From Pseudomonas aeruginosa (lineage in GTDB: Bacteria > Pseudomonadota > Gammaproteobacteria > Pseudomonadales > Pseudomonadaceae): 32,000 nt of DNA. A model generated the notes under the pieces. The model saw nothing but the letters and a program-made list of their open reading frames with translations. It ran no database searches and was not told the DNA's origin. Within the stretch, counting starts at the first letter, position 1; each line of letters opens with the position of its first letter. The position numbers were made by a program, and so were the translations under genes. Where the stretch lies: contig NZ_LN831024.1 in NCBI RefSeq assembly GCF_001457615.1, positions 1,890,001-1,922,000 of the forward strand, written 5' to 3'. This document shows, one piece after another, positions 7,647-15,040 of the stretch.

Positions 7647-8086
7647 TCAGTTGGACTTCTTGTCGGCCTTCCATTGCTGGAATTCGGCCCACTCTGCCTT
7701 GCGCTGCTCGCGCTTCTTCTGCAGTTCGTCGAACTTCTTCTGCTGCTCGGGGGTGAGCAGGGCGCGGATGTCCTTCTGGGTCTTCTCGTGGCTGGCCTTG
7801 AGTTCGTCCTTCAGGGCCTTCTGCTCGGCCGCCGGCAGCTTGGCCAGGTAGCGCTGGGTGATCTCGTGGCGGGCCTTCATTTGTTCGCCCATCAGTTTGC
7901 CCATCTGCTGGCGCTGTTCGCGGGTCAGGTCCAGTTCCTTCATCGGGCCGCCATGCCGGGGACCGTGCTGGCCCATCATGTGGCCGCCTTCCATCGGCGG
8001 GGGGGCAGGTCGTTGGCGGCGGGCGCGGCCATGGCGAAGGTCGGCAGGGCGGCGGCGATGAACAGGGCGGTTAGCGTCTTGCGCAT
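7647..8086 (-). CDS. Spy/CpxP-family periplasmic protein. The reading frame is interrupted at a G7 tract (7999-8005) in this sequence.
   Basis: The body contains LTxxQ motifs (DLTREQRQQMGKLM, LLTPEQQKKFDEL) typical of CpxP/Spy. A signal peptide (MRKTLTALFIAAALPTFAMA) starts at ATG 8086 behind AAAGGAG, but it is in a different frame and stops at 7976. One extra G in the tract would give a continuous 146-aa precursor. Confidence 0.7.
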
Positions 8087-8164
8087 GGTGTTTCTCCTTT
8101 CTGGGTCCGGCCATTTACCGGATGAGCCCAGTCTAGGGAGGTCAAGGTCAAGCGCGGTCAGCCC

Positions 8165-8184
8165 TGGGTAAAGCTTGGGTAAAG
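8165..8184. promoter_or_regulatory. Candidate CpxR box: tandem TGGGTAAAG repeat (GTAAA-N6-GTAAA).
   Basis: TGGGTAAAG at 8165-8173 and again at 8176-8184 (11-bp period). It lies 80-100 nt upstream of the CpxP-like ATG (8086) and just downstream of the regulator stop (8215). The E. coli CpxR consensus is GTAAA-N5-GTAAA. Confidence 0.45.
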
Positions 8185-8214
8185 ACCTTGTGTCGGCGGG
8201 CTGACGAAACCCGC

Positions 8215-8892
8215 TCAGTGGCTGTAGTAGTAGCCGCGGCCGCGCAGGGCGAGGATGCGCGGGCTGCCGTCGGGGTGGCTGCCGAGCTTCTTGCGCAGGT
8301 TGCTGACGTGCATGTCCAGGCTGCGGTCGTAGAGGGTCAGCTTGCGGCCCAGCGCCAGTTGCGCCAGGGCCTGCTTGTCCAGCGGCTCGCCGGGCTGGCG
8401 CAGGAGCGCTTCGAGGATGCGGCTTTCGGAAAGGGTCAGGCTGATCTCCTGGCCGTCGATCTGCGCCACGCCGCGCGTCAGGTTCAGCGACAGGTCGCCC
8501 AGTTGCATCTGCGCGCTGGGTTGCGCCGGGTGGGTTCGCCGCAGCACGGCGCGCAGCCGTGCGGTGAGTTCGCGCGGGTCGCAGGGCTTGGCCAGGTAGT
8601 CGTCGGCGCCCAGTTCCAGACCGAGGATGCGGTCCAGCGGCTCGCCGCGGGCGGACAGCATCAGCACCGGCAGGTCGGGATGGTCGCCGCGCAGTTGCTT
8701 GAGCAGTTCCAGGCCGCTGCCGTCCGGCAGCATCACGTCGAGCACCACGGCATCCGGTGTCTGCTCGGCGAGGGCGCGACGGGCCTGGGCGCCGTCGTGG
8801 CTGGCACGCACGGAGAAACCTTCCTGGACCAGCCAGGTACCGAGCAGCTCGCAGAGCTCCCGGTCATCGTCGATCAACAGCAGTTCGCTCAT
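8215..8892 (-). CDS. cpxR: OmpR-family response regulator, CpxR-like (225 aa).
   Basis: Receiver domain (LLIDDD, VVLDVMLPDGSG, LMLSARG, DDYLAKP) plus a winged-helix output domain (RVAL...RGRGYY). Adjacent to the CpxP-like and CpxA-like genes. From memory this corresponds to PA3204, published as CpxR. Confidence 0.9.
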   Translation of the reverse strand: MSELLLIDDDRELCELLGTWLVQEGFSVRASHDGAQARRALAEQTPDAVVLDVMLPDGSGLELLKQLRGDHPDLPVLMLSARGEPLDRILGLELGADDYLAKPCDPRELTARLRAVLRRTHPAQPSAQMQLGDLSLNLTRGVAQIDGQEISLTLSESRILEALLRQPGEPLDKQALAQLALGRKLTLYDRSLDMHVSNLRKKLGSHPDGSPRILALRGRGYYYSH

Positions 8893-8902
8893 CGAGTGTC
8901 GC

Positions 8903-9265
8903 TCAATTGATCCATTCGCGTCGCTGTCGCCGGCGGCCGCGGCTCAGGGCACCGAGGACGAACGCGAGCAGGGCCGTGGCGGCGCCGGCGACATACCAGG
9001 TCTGCTCTTCCGTGAGCAGCGGCGGTTGCCGCTGCGCCTGGGCCGCCTGCAGCTGCTCGCGCAACTGGCGGTTCTCCTGGCGCATACGACTGACCAGTTC
9101 GTCGCGCTGGCGTTCCGTTTCCACCAGGCGGCGCTCCAGTTCGGCGGTAGCCTGCGTAATGGAAGGCTGCGCGGCTGGAATCGGTGCCGGCGCGGGTTCC
9201 TCGGCCAGGGCCAGGGAAGCTCCCAGGCTCAGCAGCAGGCAATGGGCAGCGGATGGACGCATCAT
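8903..9265 (-). CDS. Hypothetical exported coiled-coil protein with a C-terminal membrane anchor (120 aa from ATG 9265; the track ORF starts at 9298).
   Basis: AAGGAG lies just upstream of the ATGATG at 9265/9262. There is a signal-like N-terminus (MMRPSAAHCLLLSLGASLALA) and a Pro/Ala linker. A heptad-like charged helix follows (ELERRLVETERQRDELVSRMRQENRQLREQLQAAQAQ), then a TM helix (WYVAGAATALLAFVLGALS) and an RGRRRQRR tail. The stop is 10 nt before the regulator ATG. Confidence 0.65.
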   Translation of the reverse strand: MMRPSAAHCLLLSLGASLALAEEPAPAPIPAAQPSITQATAELERRLVETERQRDELVSRMRQENRQLREQLQAAQAQRQPPLLTEEQTWYVAGAATALLAFVLGALSRGRRRQRREWIN

Positions 9266-9440
9266 GACTCCTTGTACCGATGAAGCGACGGATTGCACTG
9301 TCTTCCGGTTCGCCCTTCCGGCTTGGCGAAAGCGCCGGGCCGGCCTGGTTGCGCTGCGGCGGGCACCGGAAAGCGGCGTCCGGTGCGAAAACGTTTGCCG
9401 GGAGGGCGACCGGGCCGGCCGCCGGTACCCGGCGACTGCC

Positions 9441-9740
9441 TCAGGGCAGGACTTTCTTGAACGGCTTGACCACCACCTCGGCGTACACCCCGGCGGCCCG
9501 GTAGGGATCGGCCTCGGCCCAGCTCTGCGCCGCGGCCAGCGAATCGAATTCGGCGACGATCAGGCTGCCGGTGAAGCCGGCGGCGCCCGGGTCGTTGCTG
9601 TCGATCGCCGGGTGCGGGCCGGCGAGTACCAGGCGGCCTTCTTCCTTCAGCTGTTCGAGACGGGCCAGGTGGGCCGGGCGGCTGGCCAGGCGGCGTTCCT
9701 GGGAAGCGGGGATGTCACGGGCGATGATCGCGTAGAGCAT
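9441..9740 (-). CDS. YciI-family protein (99 aa).
   Basis: Typical YciI length and sequence (MLYAIIARD...RPAHLARL..L...G.L.LAGP......GS.IV.EFDS...A..W...DPY). It lies 1 nt downstream of yciB. Confidence 0.85.
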   Translation of the reverse strand: MLYAIIARDIPASQERRLASRPAHLARLEQLKEEGRLVLAGPHPAIDSNDPGAAGFTGSLIVAEFDSLAAAQSWAEADPYRAAGVYAEVVVKPFKKVLP

Positions 9741-9741
9741 G

Positions 9742-10329
9742 TCAGTCCTTGGGCTTTTCGCCGGTATCGGCGTCGTGCAGGTGGCGAGCCAGGAACAGGC
9801 CCTGGCCGATCAGGAACAGCAAGGTCATGCCGAGGCTGCCGAACACCTTGAAGTCCACCCAGAAGTTCGGATAGGTGAAGACCACGTACAGGTTGGCGAA
9901 GCCGCACACCAGGAAGAACACCACCCAGGCGATGTTCAGGCGCACCCAGAGGCCCTGCGGCAACTGGATGGCATGGCCCATGATGCGCTGGATCATCGGC
10001 TTGTCGCCGATGAAGTGACTGCCGGCGAAGGCCAGGGCGAACAGCCAGTTGACCAGCGGCGCCTTCCATTTGAGGAAGGTGTCCTCGTGGAAGGCCAGGG
10101 TCAGGCCGCCGAGGACCAGGCAGGCGCCGAGGGTGAACCACTGGCTCTTTTCCAGGTGGCGGTGCTTGAGCCAGAGGGCGCCGTAGACGATCACCGAGGC
10201 GAGGATCAGGGTCGCGGTCGCGCCGTAGATGCCACTCAGATTGAACCCGGCGAACTCGACGTTCTGAGGGTCTATCTTGTAGACGATGAAGAACAGGATC
10301 AGTGGGATGAAATCGATGAATTGCTTCAT
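9742..10329 (-). CDS. yciB: Intracellular septation protein A (YciB/IspZ), 195 aa.
   Basis: [19 protein letters not shown] is the canonical YciB N-terminus, and there are five hydrophobic segments. I chose the start at ATG 10329 rather than the track start at 10368. Confidence 0.85.
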   Translation of the reverse strand: MKQFIDFIPLILFFIVYKIDPQNVEFAGFNLSGIYGATATLILASVIVYGALWLKHRHLEKSQWFTLGACLVLGGLTLAFHEDTFLKWKAPLVNWLFALAFAGSHFIGDKPMIQRIMGHAIQLPQGLWVRLNIAWVVFFLVCGFANLYVVFTYPNFWVDFKVFGSLGMTLLFLIGQGLFLARHLHDADTGEKPKD

Positions 10330-10544
10330 GGTGGCAGTCAGGACACGGTTGAAACGGCATAATAGCAACCTCTGGATGTTCTGAAACAGTCATCCTGTCT
10401 TTCCGAATGCGTCAGGCCTGTGCCGCAGGCGCATTCGCCAGGTGGAGCAGGCTCCCCGGACCCATGAACGGTACGTCTCGATACCGCGAGGCAGCGAATC
10501 GGCGTTGCTTCATCACCATTCTTCACTGGAATCAGGATTCAGCC

Positions 10545-11432
10545 ATGCGTGTCGATCTGCATTGCCACAGTACCGCCTCCGATGGCGTGCTCGCGCCCGC
10601 CGCCCTGGTGCAGCGGGCCCACGAGAAAGGCGTCGGGCTGCTGGCGCTGACCGACCACGACACCCTGGAAGGCCTGCCGGAAGCCCACCAGGCGGCCGCT
10701 CGACTCGGTATCGAACTGGTCAACGGTATCGAGCTGTCCTGCACCTGGGGCGGTGCCACCATTCATGTGCTGGGCTACGGTTTCGACCTCGACGCCGCTC
10801 CCCTGCGCCAGGCGACCGAAGCCCTGCACCGGGGCCGCTGGGCGCGCGCCGAGGAAATCGACCGGCGGCTTGCGGCCAAGGGTATGCCCGGTGCGCTGGA
10901 GGGCGCGCGGGCGATCCAGCGGGCCCTGGGCGACAGCGGCAACGCGCCGGCGCGGCCGCATTTCGCCGAGTTCCTGGTCCAGGGCGGCTGGGTCAAGGAT
11001 CGCGCCGACGCGTTCCGCAAGTGGCTGGGGGCCGGCAAGCTGGGAGACGTCAAGCAGCACTGGCCGACCCTGGAGGAAGTGGTCGGCTGCCTGCGCGAGG
11101 CGCGCGCCTGGATCAGCCTGGCGCACCCGTATCATTATGATTTCACCCGGACCAAGCGCCGGCGCCTGGTCGCCGACTTTCTCCAGGCCGGCGGACACGC
11201 CATCGAGGTGGTCAATGGCGTGCAGCCGGCCGAACAGGTCGGTACCCTGTCGATCCTGGCCCGCGAGTTCGGCCTGATGGTCACCGCCGGCAGCGATTTC
11301 CACGCGCCGGGCGACTGGTCCGAACTGGGCATGTACCGTGCGGTTCCAGAGGACCTTCCGGCCATGTGGCCGCGTTTCGCCAGGCATTTTCGCGATACCG
11401 AACGTCATTCCGAAGCCAAGGGGGCCGAATGA
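10545..11432 (+). CDS. PHP-domain phosphoesterase, TrpH/YciV (RNase AM-like), 295 aa.
   Basis: MRVDLHCHSTASDG and LALTDHDT PHP motifs, with HAPGDW near the C-terminus. ATG 10545 has AGGA upstream; the track extension from 10407 looks non-coding. Confidence 0.85.
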   Translation: MRVDLHCHSTASDGVLAPAALVQRAHEKGVGLLALTDHDTLEGLPEAHQAAARLGIELVNGIELSCTWGGATIHVLGYGFDLDAAPLRQATEALHRGRWARAEEIDRRLAAKGMPGALEGARAIQRALGDSGNAPARPHFAEFLVQGGWVKDRADAFRKWLGAGKLGDVKQHWPTLEEVVGCLREARAWISLAHPYHYDFTRTKRRRLVADFLQAGGHAIEVVNGVQPAEQVGTLSILAREFGLMVTAGSDFHAPGDWSELGMYRAVPEDLPAMWPRFARHFRDTERHSEAKGAE

Positions 11433-12058
11433 GCCAGTTCTTCCAGATCCATCCGGAAAATCCCCAGCCGCGGCTGGTCAAGCAGGCGGTGGAAATTGTC
11501 CGCCAGGGTGGGGTGATCGTCTATCCCACCGACTCGTCCTATGCCCTGGGCTGCCGCATCGGCGAAAAGACCGCGGTGGATCGCATCCGCCGCATCCGCC
11601 AACTGGACGACAAGCACAACTTCACCCTGGTCTGCCGCGACCTTTCCGAGCTGGGCGTCTATGCCAAGGTCGACACCGGCCTGTTCCGCCTGCTCAAGGC
11701 GCACACCCCCGGTCCCTACACCTTCATCCTCAGCGCCACCCGCGAGGTGCCGCGCATGCTCCTGCACCCCAAGCGCCGCACCATCGGCCTGCGCGTGCCG
11801 AACTGTCCGATCGCCCGGGCGCTGCTGGAGGAACTGGGCGAACCGCTGATGAGCGTGAGCCTGATCATGCCCGGCAGAGGCGAGCCACTGAACGATCCCT
11901 ATGAAATGCGCCAGGTACTGGAACACCAGGTCGACCTGATCGTGGACGGGGGCTATGGCGGCGGCGAGGCCTCCACCGTGATCAGCCTGACCGACACCGA
12001 TCCCGAAGTGATCCGCGTGGGTTGCGGCGATCCGGCGCCGTTCATGCAGCCGGCCTGA
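11429..12058 (+). CDS. Sua5/YciO/YrdC-family (threonylcarbamoyl-AMP synthase-like) protein, YciO type, 209 aa.
   Basis: MSQFFQIHPENPQPRLVKQAVEIVRQGGVIVYPTDSSYALGC...PGPYTFIL..R.TIG.RVP....A..L. The ATG overlaps the TrpH stop (ATGA, 11429-11432). Confidence 0.85.
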   Translation: MSQFFQIHPENPQPRLVKQAVEIVRQGGVIVYPTDSSYALGCRIGEKTAVDRIRRIRQLDDKHNFTLVCRDLSELGVYAKVDTGLFRLLKAHTPGPYTFILSATREVPRMLLHPKRRTIGLRVPNCPIARALLEELGEPLMSVSLIMPGRGEPLNDPYEMRQVLEHQVDLIVDGGYGGGEASTVISLTDTDPEVIRVGCGDPAPFMQPA

Positions 12059-12092
12059 GCGCCGCCCGAATCCGCCCACCACGAGCCTAGCG

Positions 12093-12983
12093 ATGCAGGA
12101 CGATAACCCGGCCAACGCCGACACCCCTCCAGCCGAACCCGCCGCCGAGCGGGTGCCGCTGCAACTGGCGCTGGTCTACGGCGAGGCGGTCACCGAGCTG
12201 CCGCAGGACCTCTATATCCCGCCGGACGCGCTGGAGGTCTTCCTCGAGGCCTTCGAGGGCCCGCTCGACCTGCTGCTATACCTGATCCGCAAGCAGAACA
12301 TCGACATCCTGGATATCCCGGTGGCGGAAATCACCCGCCAGTACATGGGCTATGTCGAGCTGATGAAGGCGGTGCGCCTGGAGCTGGCCGCCGAGTACCT
12401 GGTGATGGCGGCGATGCTGGCGGAGATCAAGTCGCGCATGTTGCTGCCGCGCTCGGCGGAAGCCGAGGAGGAAGAGGAAGATCCACGGGCCGAGCTGATC
12501 CGCCGCCTGCAGGAGTACGAACGGTTCAAGAAGGCCGCCGAAGACCTCGACGAACTGCCCCGGGTCGGCCGCGACGTGCTGGTGCCGGCGGTGGCTGCTC
12601 CCGAGGCGCGGGCGCGCAAGCTGCTGCCGGAGCTGGCGCTGCAGGAGCTGATGCTGGTGATGGGCGAGATGCTGCGCCGCGCCGACCTGTTCGAGAGCCA
12701 CCAGGTGACCCGCGAGGTACTGTCCACCCGCGAACGCATGAGCGAAGTGCTGGAGCGCCTGAAAGGCGGCGCCTTCGTGCCCTTCATCCAGTTGTTCACC
12801 CTGGAGGAGGGCAAGCTCGGCGTGGTGGTCACCTTCATGGCGATCCTCGAACTGGTCAAGGAGCAGATGGTGGAACTGGTGCAGAACGAGGCTTTCGGCG
12901 CCATCCATGTGCGCCTGCGGATAGCCCGCGAAGCGGAGGAAGGCGAAACCCTGGAGGAAGCCCTGGAAGACGATTTCGAGTGA
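12093..12983 (+). CDS. scpA: Segregation and condensation protein A (ScpA kleisin), 296 aa.
   Basis: FEGPLDLLLYLIRKQNIDILDIPVAEITRQYMGYV and a C-terminal winged-helix region (VVVTFMAILELVKE) are typical of ScpA. Confidence 0.85.
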   Translation: MQDDNPANADTPPAEPAAERVPLQLALVYGEAVTELPQDLYIPPDALEVFLEAFEGPLDLLLYLIRKQNIDILDIPVAEITRQYMGYVELMKAVRLELAAEYLVMAAMLAEIKSRMLLPRSAEAEEEEEDPRAELIRRLQEYERFKKAAEDLDELPRVGRDVLVPAVAAPEARARKLLPELALQELMLVMGEMLRRADLFESHQVTREVLSTRERMSEVLERLKGGAFVPFIQLFTLEEGKLGVVVTFMAILELVKEQMVELVQNEAFGAIHVRLRIAREAEEGETLEEALEDDFE

Positions 12984-13127
12984 GCGCGCCGCGCCGCTGG
13001 CCATTCGTCCCCCTGCGGACGGTCGCCTTTTCCGAGCTTCCGGCTTCGCTCCCTGCCGTGGCCTGTTAAGCTGCATGCCCGATTCCGCTATCTTTCCCTC
13101 TTCCTGGCTCCGGTATCCGTTGCGACG

Positions 13128-14126
13128 ATGAACCTGTCCGATCCCCACGAACTCGCCACCCTGCTCGAAGGCATCCTCCTCGCGGCCGGCAAGCCGCTGT
13201 CGCTGGAACGCCTGGCTGAGCTGTTCGACGAGGCAGAGCGGCCGGAGCCGGGGCAGTTCCGCGACGCCCTGGCGATCCTGGCACTGTCCTGCGCAGGGCG
13301 CTCCTTCGAGCTGAAGGAAGTCGCGTCCGGGTATCGCCTGCAGATTCGCGAGCGTTTCTCGCCGTGGGTCGGCCGCCTCTGGGAGGAGCGTCCGCAGCGC
13401 TATTCGCGCGCGCTGCTGGAAACCCTGGTGCTGATCGCCTACCGCCAGCCGATCACCCGTGGCGAGATCGAGGAGATCCGCGGCGTGGCGGTGAACACCC
13501 AGATCGTCAAGACGCTGATGGAGCGGGAGTGGATCCGCATCGTTGGCTACCGCGAGGTGCCGGGGCGCCCGGCGATGCTGGCGACTACCAAGGCGTTCCT
13601 CGATTATTTCAACCTGAAGAGCCTCGACGAGCTGCCGCCGCTGTCGGCGCTGCGCGAGATGGAGCCCGAGCCGGAACCGCCGGTCGAAGTGGCGCCCGCG
13701 GCGCAGCCGCCGCGCGACGATCTCGACGAGGATGCGATTCCTGCCTCGATCCAGGCCCTGGCCGATCGCGCCATCGCCGAGGCCGGGGAAAGCCTCGAGG
13801 AGATCGAGGGGGAGGCCGGCGAGCCGGAGAAGCCGCGCGAGGAAACCAGCTTCCGCAGCCTGCTGCTGGAACTGGACGAGATGGAGCAGGGCCTGAAGAC
13901 CGACTTCGACGACCTGCTCGACCCTCCGGAGCCCTCGGAGCAGGGCGACGAGTCCGCCGAGCCAGCGGCTGGGCCGATTCCCGTGGTCGCGGAGCAAGCC
14001 GTCGAGCCTGCCGTCGCGGAGGCTGTCGCGGGCGCCGATCCCGATGACGAAGAGCGCGCCCTGGCGGAGGCCATGCGCGAGGAGCGCGAGGCACTGGACG
14101 CCGACGACGACTGGCCGCGCCGCTGA
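13128..14126 (+). CDS. scpB: SMC-Scp complex subunit ScpB with a long acidic C-terminal tail (332 aa).
   Basis: The first ~175 aa are ScpB-like (LEGILLAAGKPLSLERL, LETLVLIAYRQPITRGEIEEIRGV, GRPAMLATTKAFLDYF). The remaining ~155 aa are Glu/Asp/Pro/Ala-rich. Confidence 0.85.
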   Translation: MNLSDPHELATLLEGILLAAGKPLSLERLAELFDEAERPEPGQFRDALAILALSCAGRSFELKEVASGYRLQIRERFSPWVGRLWEERPQRYSRALLETLVLIAYRQPITRGEIEEIRGVAVNTQIVKTLMEREWIRIVGYREVPGRPAMLATTKAFLDYFNLKSLDELPPLSALREMEPEPEPPVEVAPAAQPPRDDLDEDAIPASIQALADRAIAEAGESLEEIEGEAGEPEKPREETSFRSLLLELDEMEQGLKTDFDDLLDPPEPSEQGDESAEPAAGPIPVVAEQAVEPAVAEAVAGADPDDEERALAEAMREEREALDADDDWPRR

Positions 14127-14206
14127 CCGTCGTTCCACCCTGTAGAATTCATCCGGCCGCGCCGGCGAGGCCGGCCCGCTCCGTTTCATCGACCCTGGAA
14201 CTCCCC

Positions 14207-14737
14207 ATGAAAGAGACCCTGAACGAACTGATCACACTCATCAGCACCGGCTGCATGGGCGCCGAGGAGATCCGGCGGATCGCCGACGAGGCGGCCCAGG
14301 CCTACGCCGATCCGGCAGGGTTCCTCGCCGCCAACCCGGACATCAACTACGACGACAGCTTCCCGATCCCGCTCGGCGAGTGGGTGGTGGTCGGTAGCCT
14401 GCCGGATATCGTGCTGTTCCAGGCCGACACCTATGCCGAGCTGTTCGCCCGGATCGTCGCCTCCTTCGGCAAGGACGTGGCGTTCAACATCAAGCCGAAG
14501 CAGTTGCTCAAGACCGAGCCGCTGGTCGCCCTCAACCGTATCCAGGTGCAACTGAGCAGCATGTATCCGGAAAAGGGCGGTTACGTGCTGGTGGATTTCA
14601 GCGAGCCGCTGGACGACGAGTTGCAGGCGGTGCTGGTCTATACCCAGGACCTGCCGCGGGTCATGGCGCTCTGCGTCGAGGCCGGCATCTATGCCGCGCC
14701 TGCCTACGAAAGCCTGCGCGACGCCGAGGCCGAGTGA
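14207..14737 (+). CDS. Hypothetical acidic cytoplasmic protein (176 aa).
   Basis: Clean ORF with normal codon usage for this genome and no TM segment or signal peptide. I recognise no family. Confidence 0.55.
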   Translation: MKETLNELITLISTGCMGAEEIRRIADEAAQAYADPAGFLAANPDINYDDSFPIPLGEWVVVGSLPDIVLFQADTYAELFARIVASFGKDVAFNIKPKQLLKTEPLVALNRIQVQLSSMYPEKGGYVLVDFSEPLDDELQAVLVYTQDLPRVMALCVEAGIYAAPAYESLRDAEAE

Positions 14738-14803
14738 CCGCGGGCCGCTCGATCGGCCCGATAGTCATTCCCTCCTGGACGCCGGCCCGCCGCCTGTCGT
14801 GAA

Positions 14804-15034
14804 GTGACGGGCGAGGACCGGTTGCGGTCCGCGCCGAAAAAGGGGGAACGCTTGAAAAGTCCTTGCATCAATATCTGTGAGTTCGATGCCGACGTGTGCC
14901 GTGGCTGCGGGCGTACGCGCCAGGAAATCCGTGCCTGGAAGCGCGCGGACAAGGCCGAGCAGCGACTGATCCTCGCCGAGGCCGACCTGCGCCTGCTGGC
15001 GTTGCAGGCGCGCGGTCGGCGCAAGTTCCGCTGA
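14804..15034 (+). CDS. DUF1289-family small Cys-cluster protein. 76 aa from GTG 14804; alternative TTG 14852 behind AGGGGGA gives 60 aa.
   Basis: SPCINICEFDADVCRGCGRTRQEIRAW matches the DUF1289 pattern (SPC.g.C......C.GC.Rt..Ei..W). Confidence 0.65.
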   Translation: MTGEDRLRSAPKKGERLKSPCINICEFDADVCRGCGRTRQEIRAWKRADKAEQRLILAEADLRLLALQARGRRKFR

Positions 15035-15040
15035 GGCGCG

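Noticed and set aside
7999-8005. Programmed ribosomal frameshifting as the explanation for the CpxP-like frame break.
   Set aside because: The zero-frame context CTG CCC CCC CGC is not a canonical X XXY YYZ heptamer, and I see no downstream stimulatory structure. An indel in the homopolymer (real or technical) is more parsimonious. I keep it only as an alternative under the main finding.
14143-14148. TAGAAT -10-like hexamer between scpB and the 176-aa ORF.
   Set aside because: There is no acceptable -35 at 16-18 nt spacing, and a single hexamer match is not enough to call a promoter.
12276-14189. 637-aa ORF antisense to scpA and scpB.
   Set aside because: It spans two well-supported genes and their spacer on the opposite strand. 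The translation is low-complexity and Arg/Leu/Gly/His/Gln-rich, with no recognisable motifs or start context.
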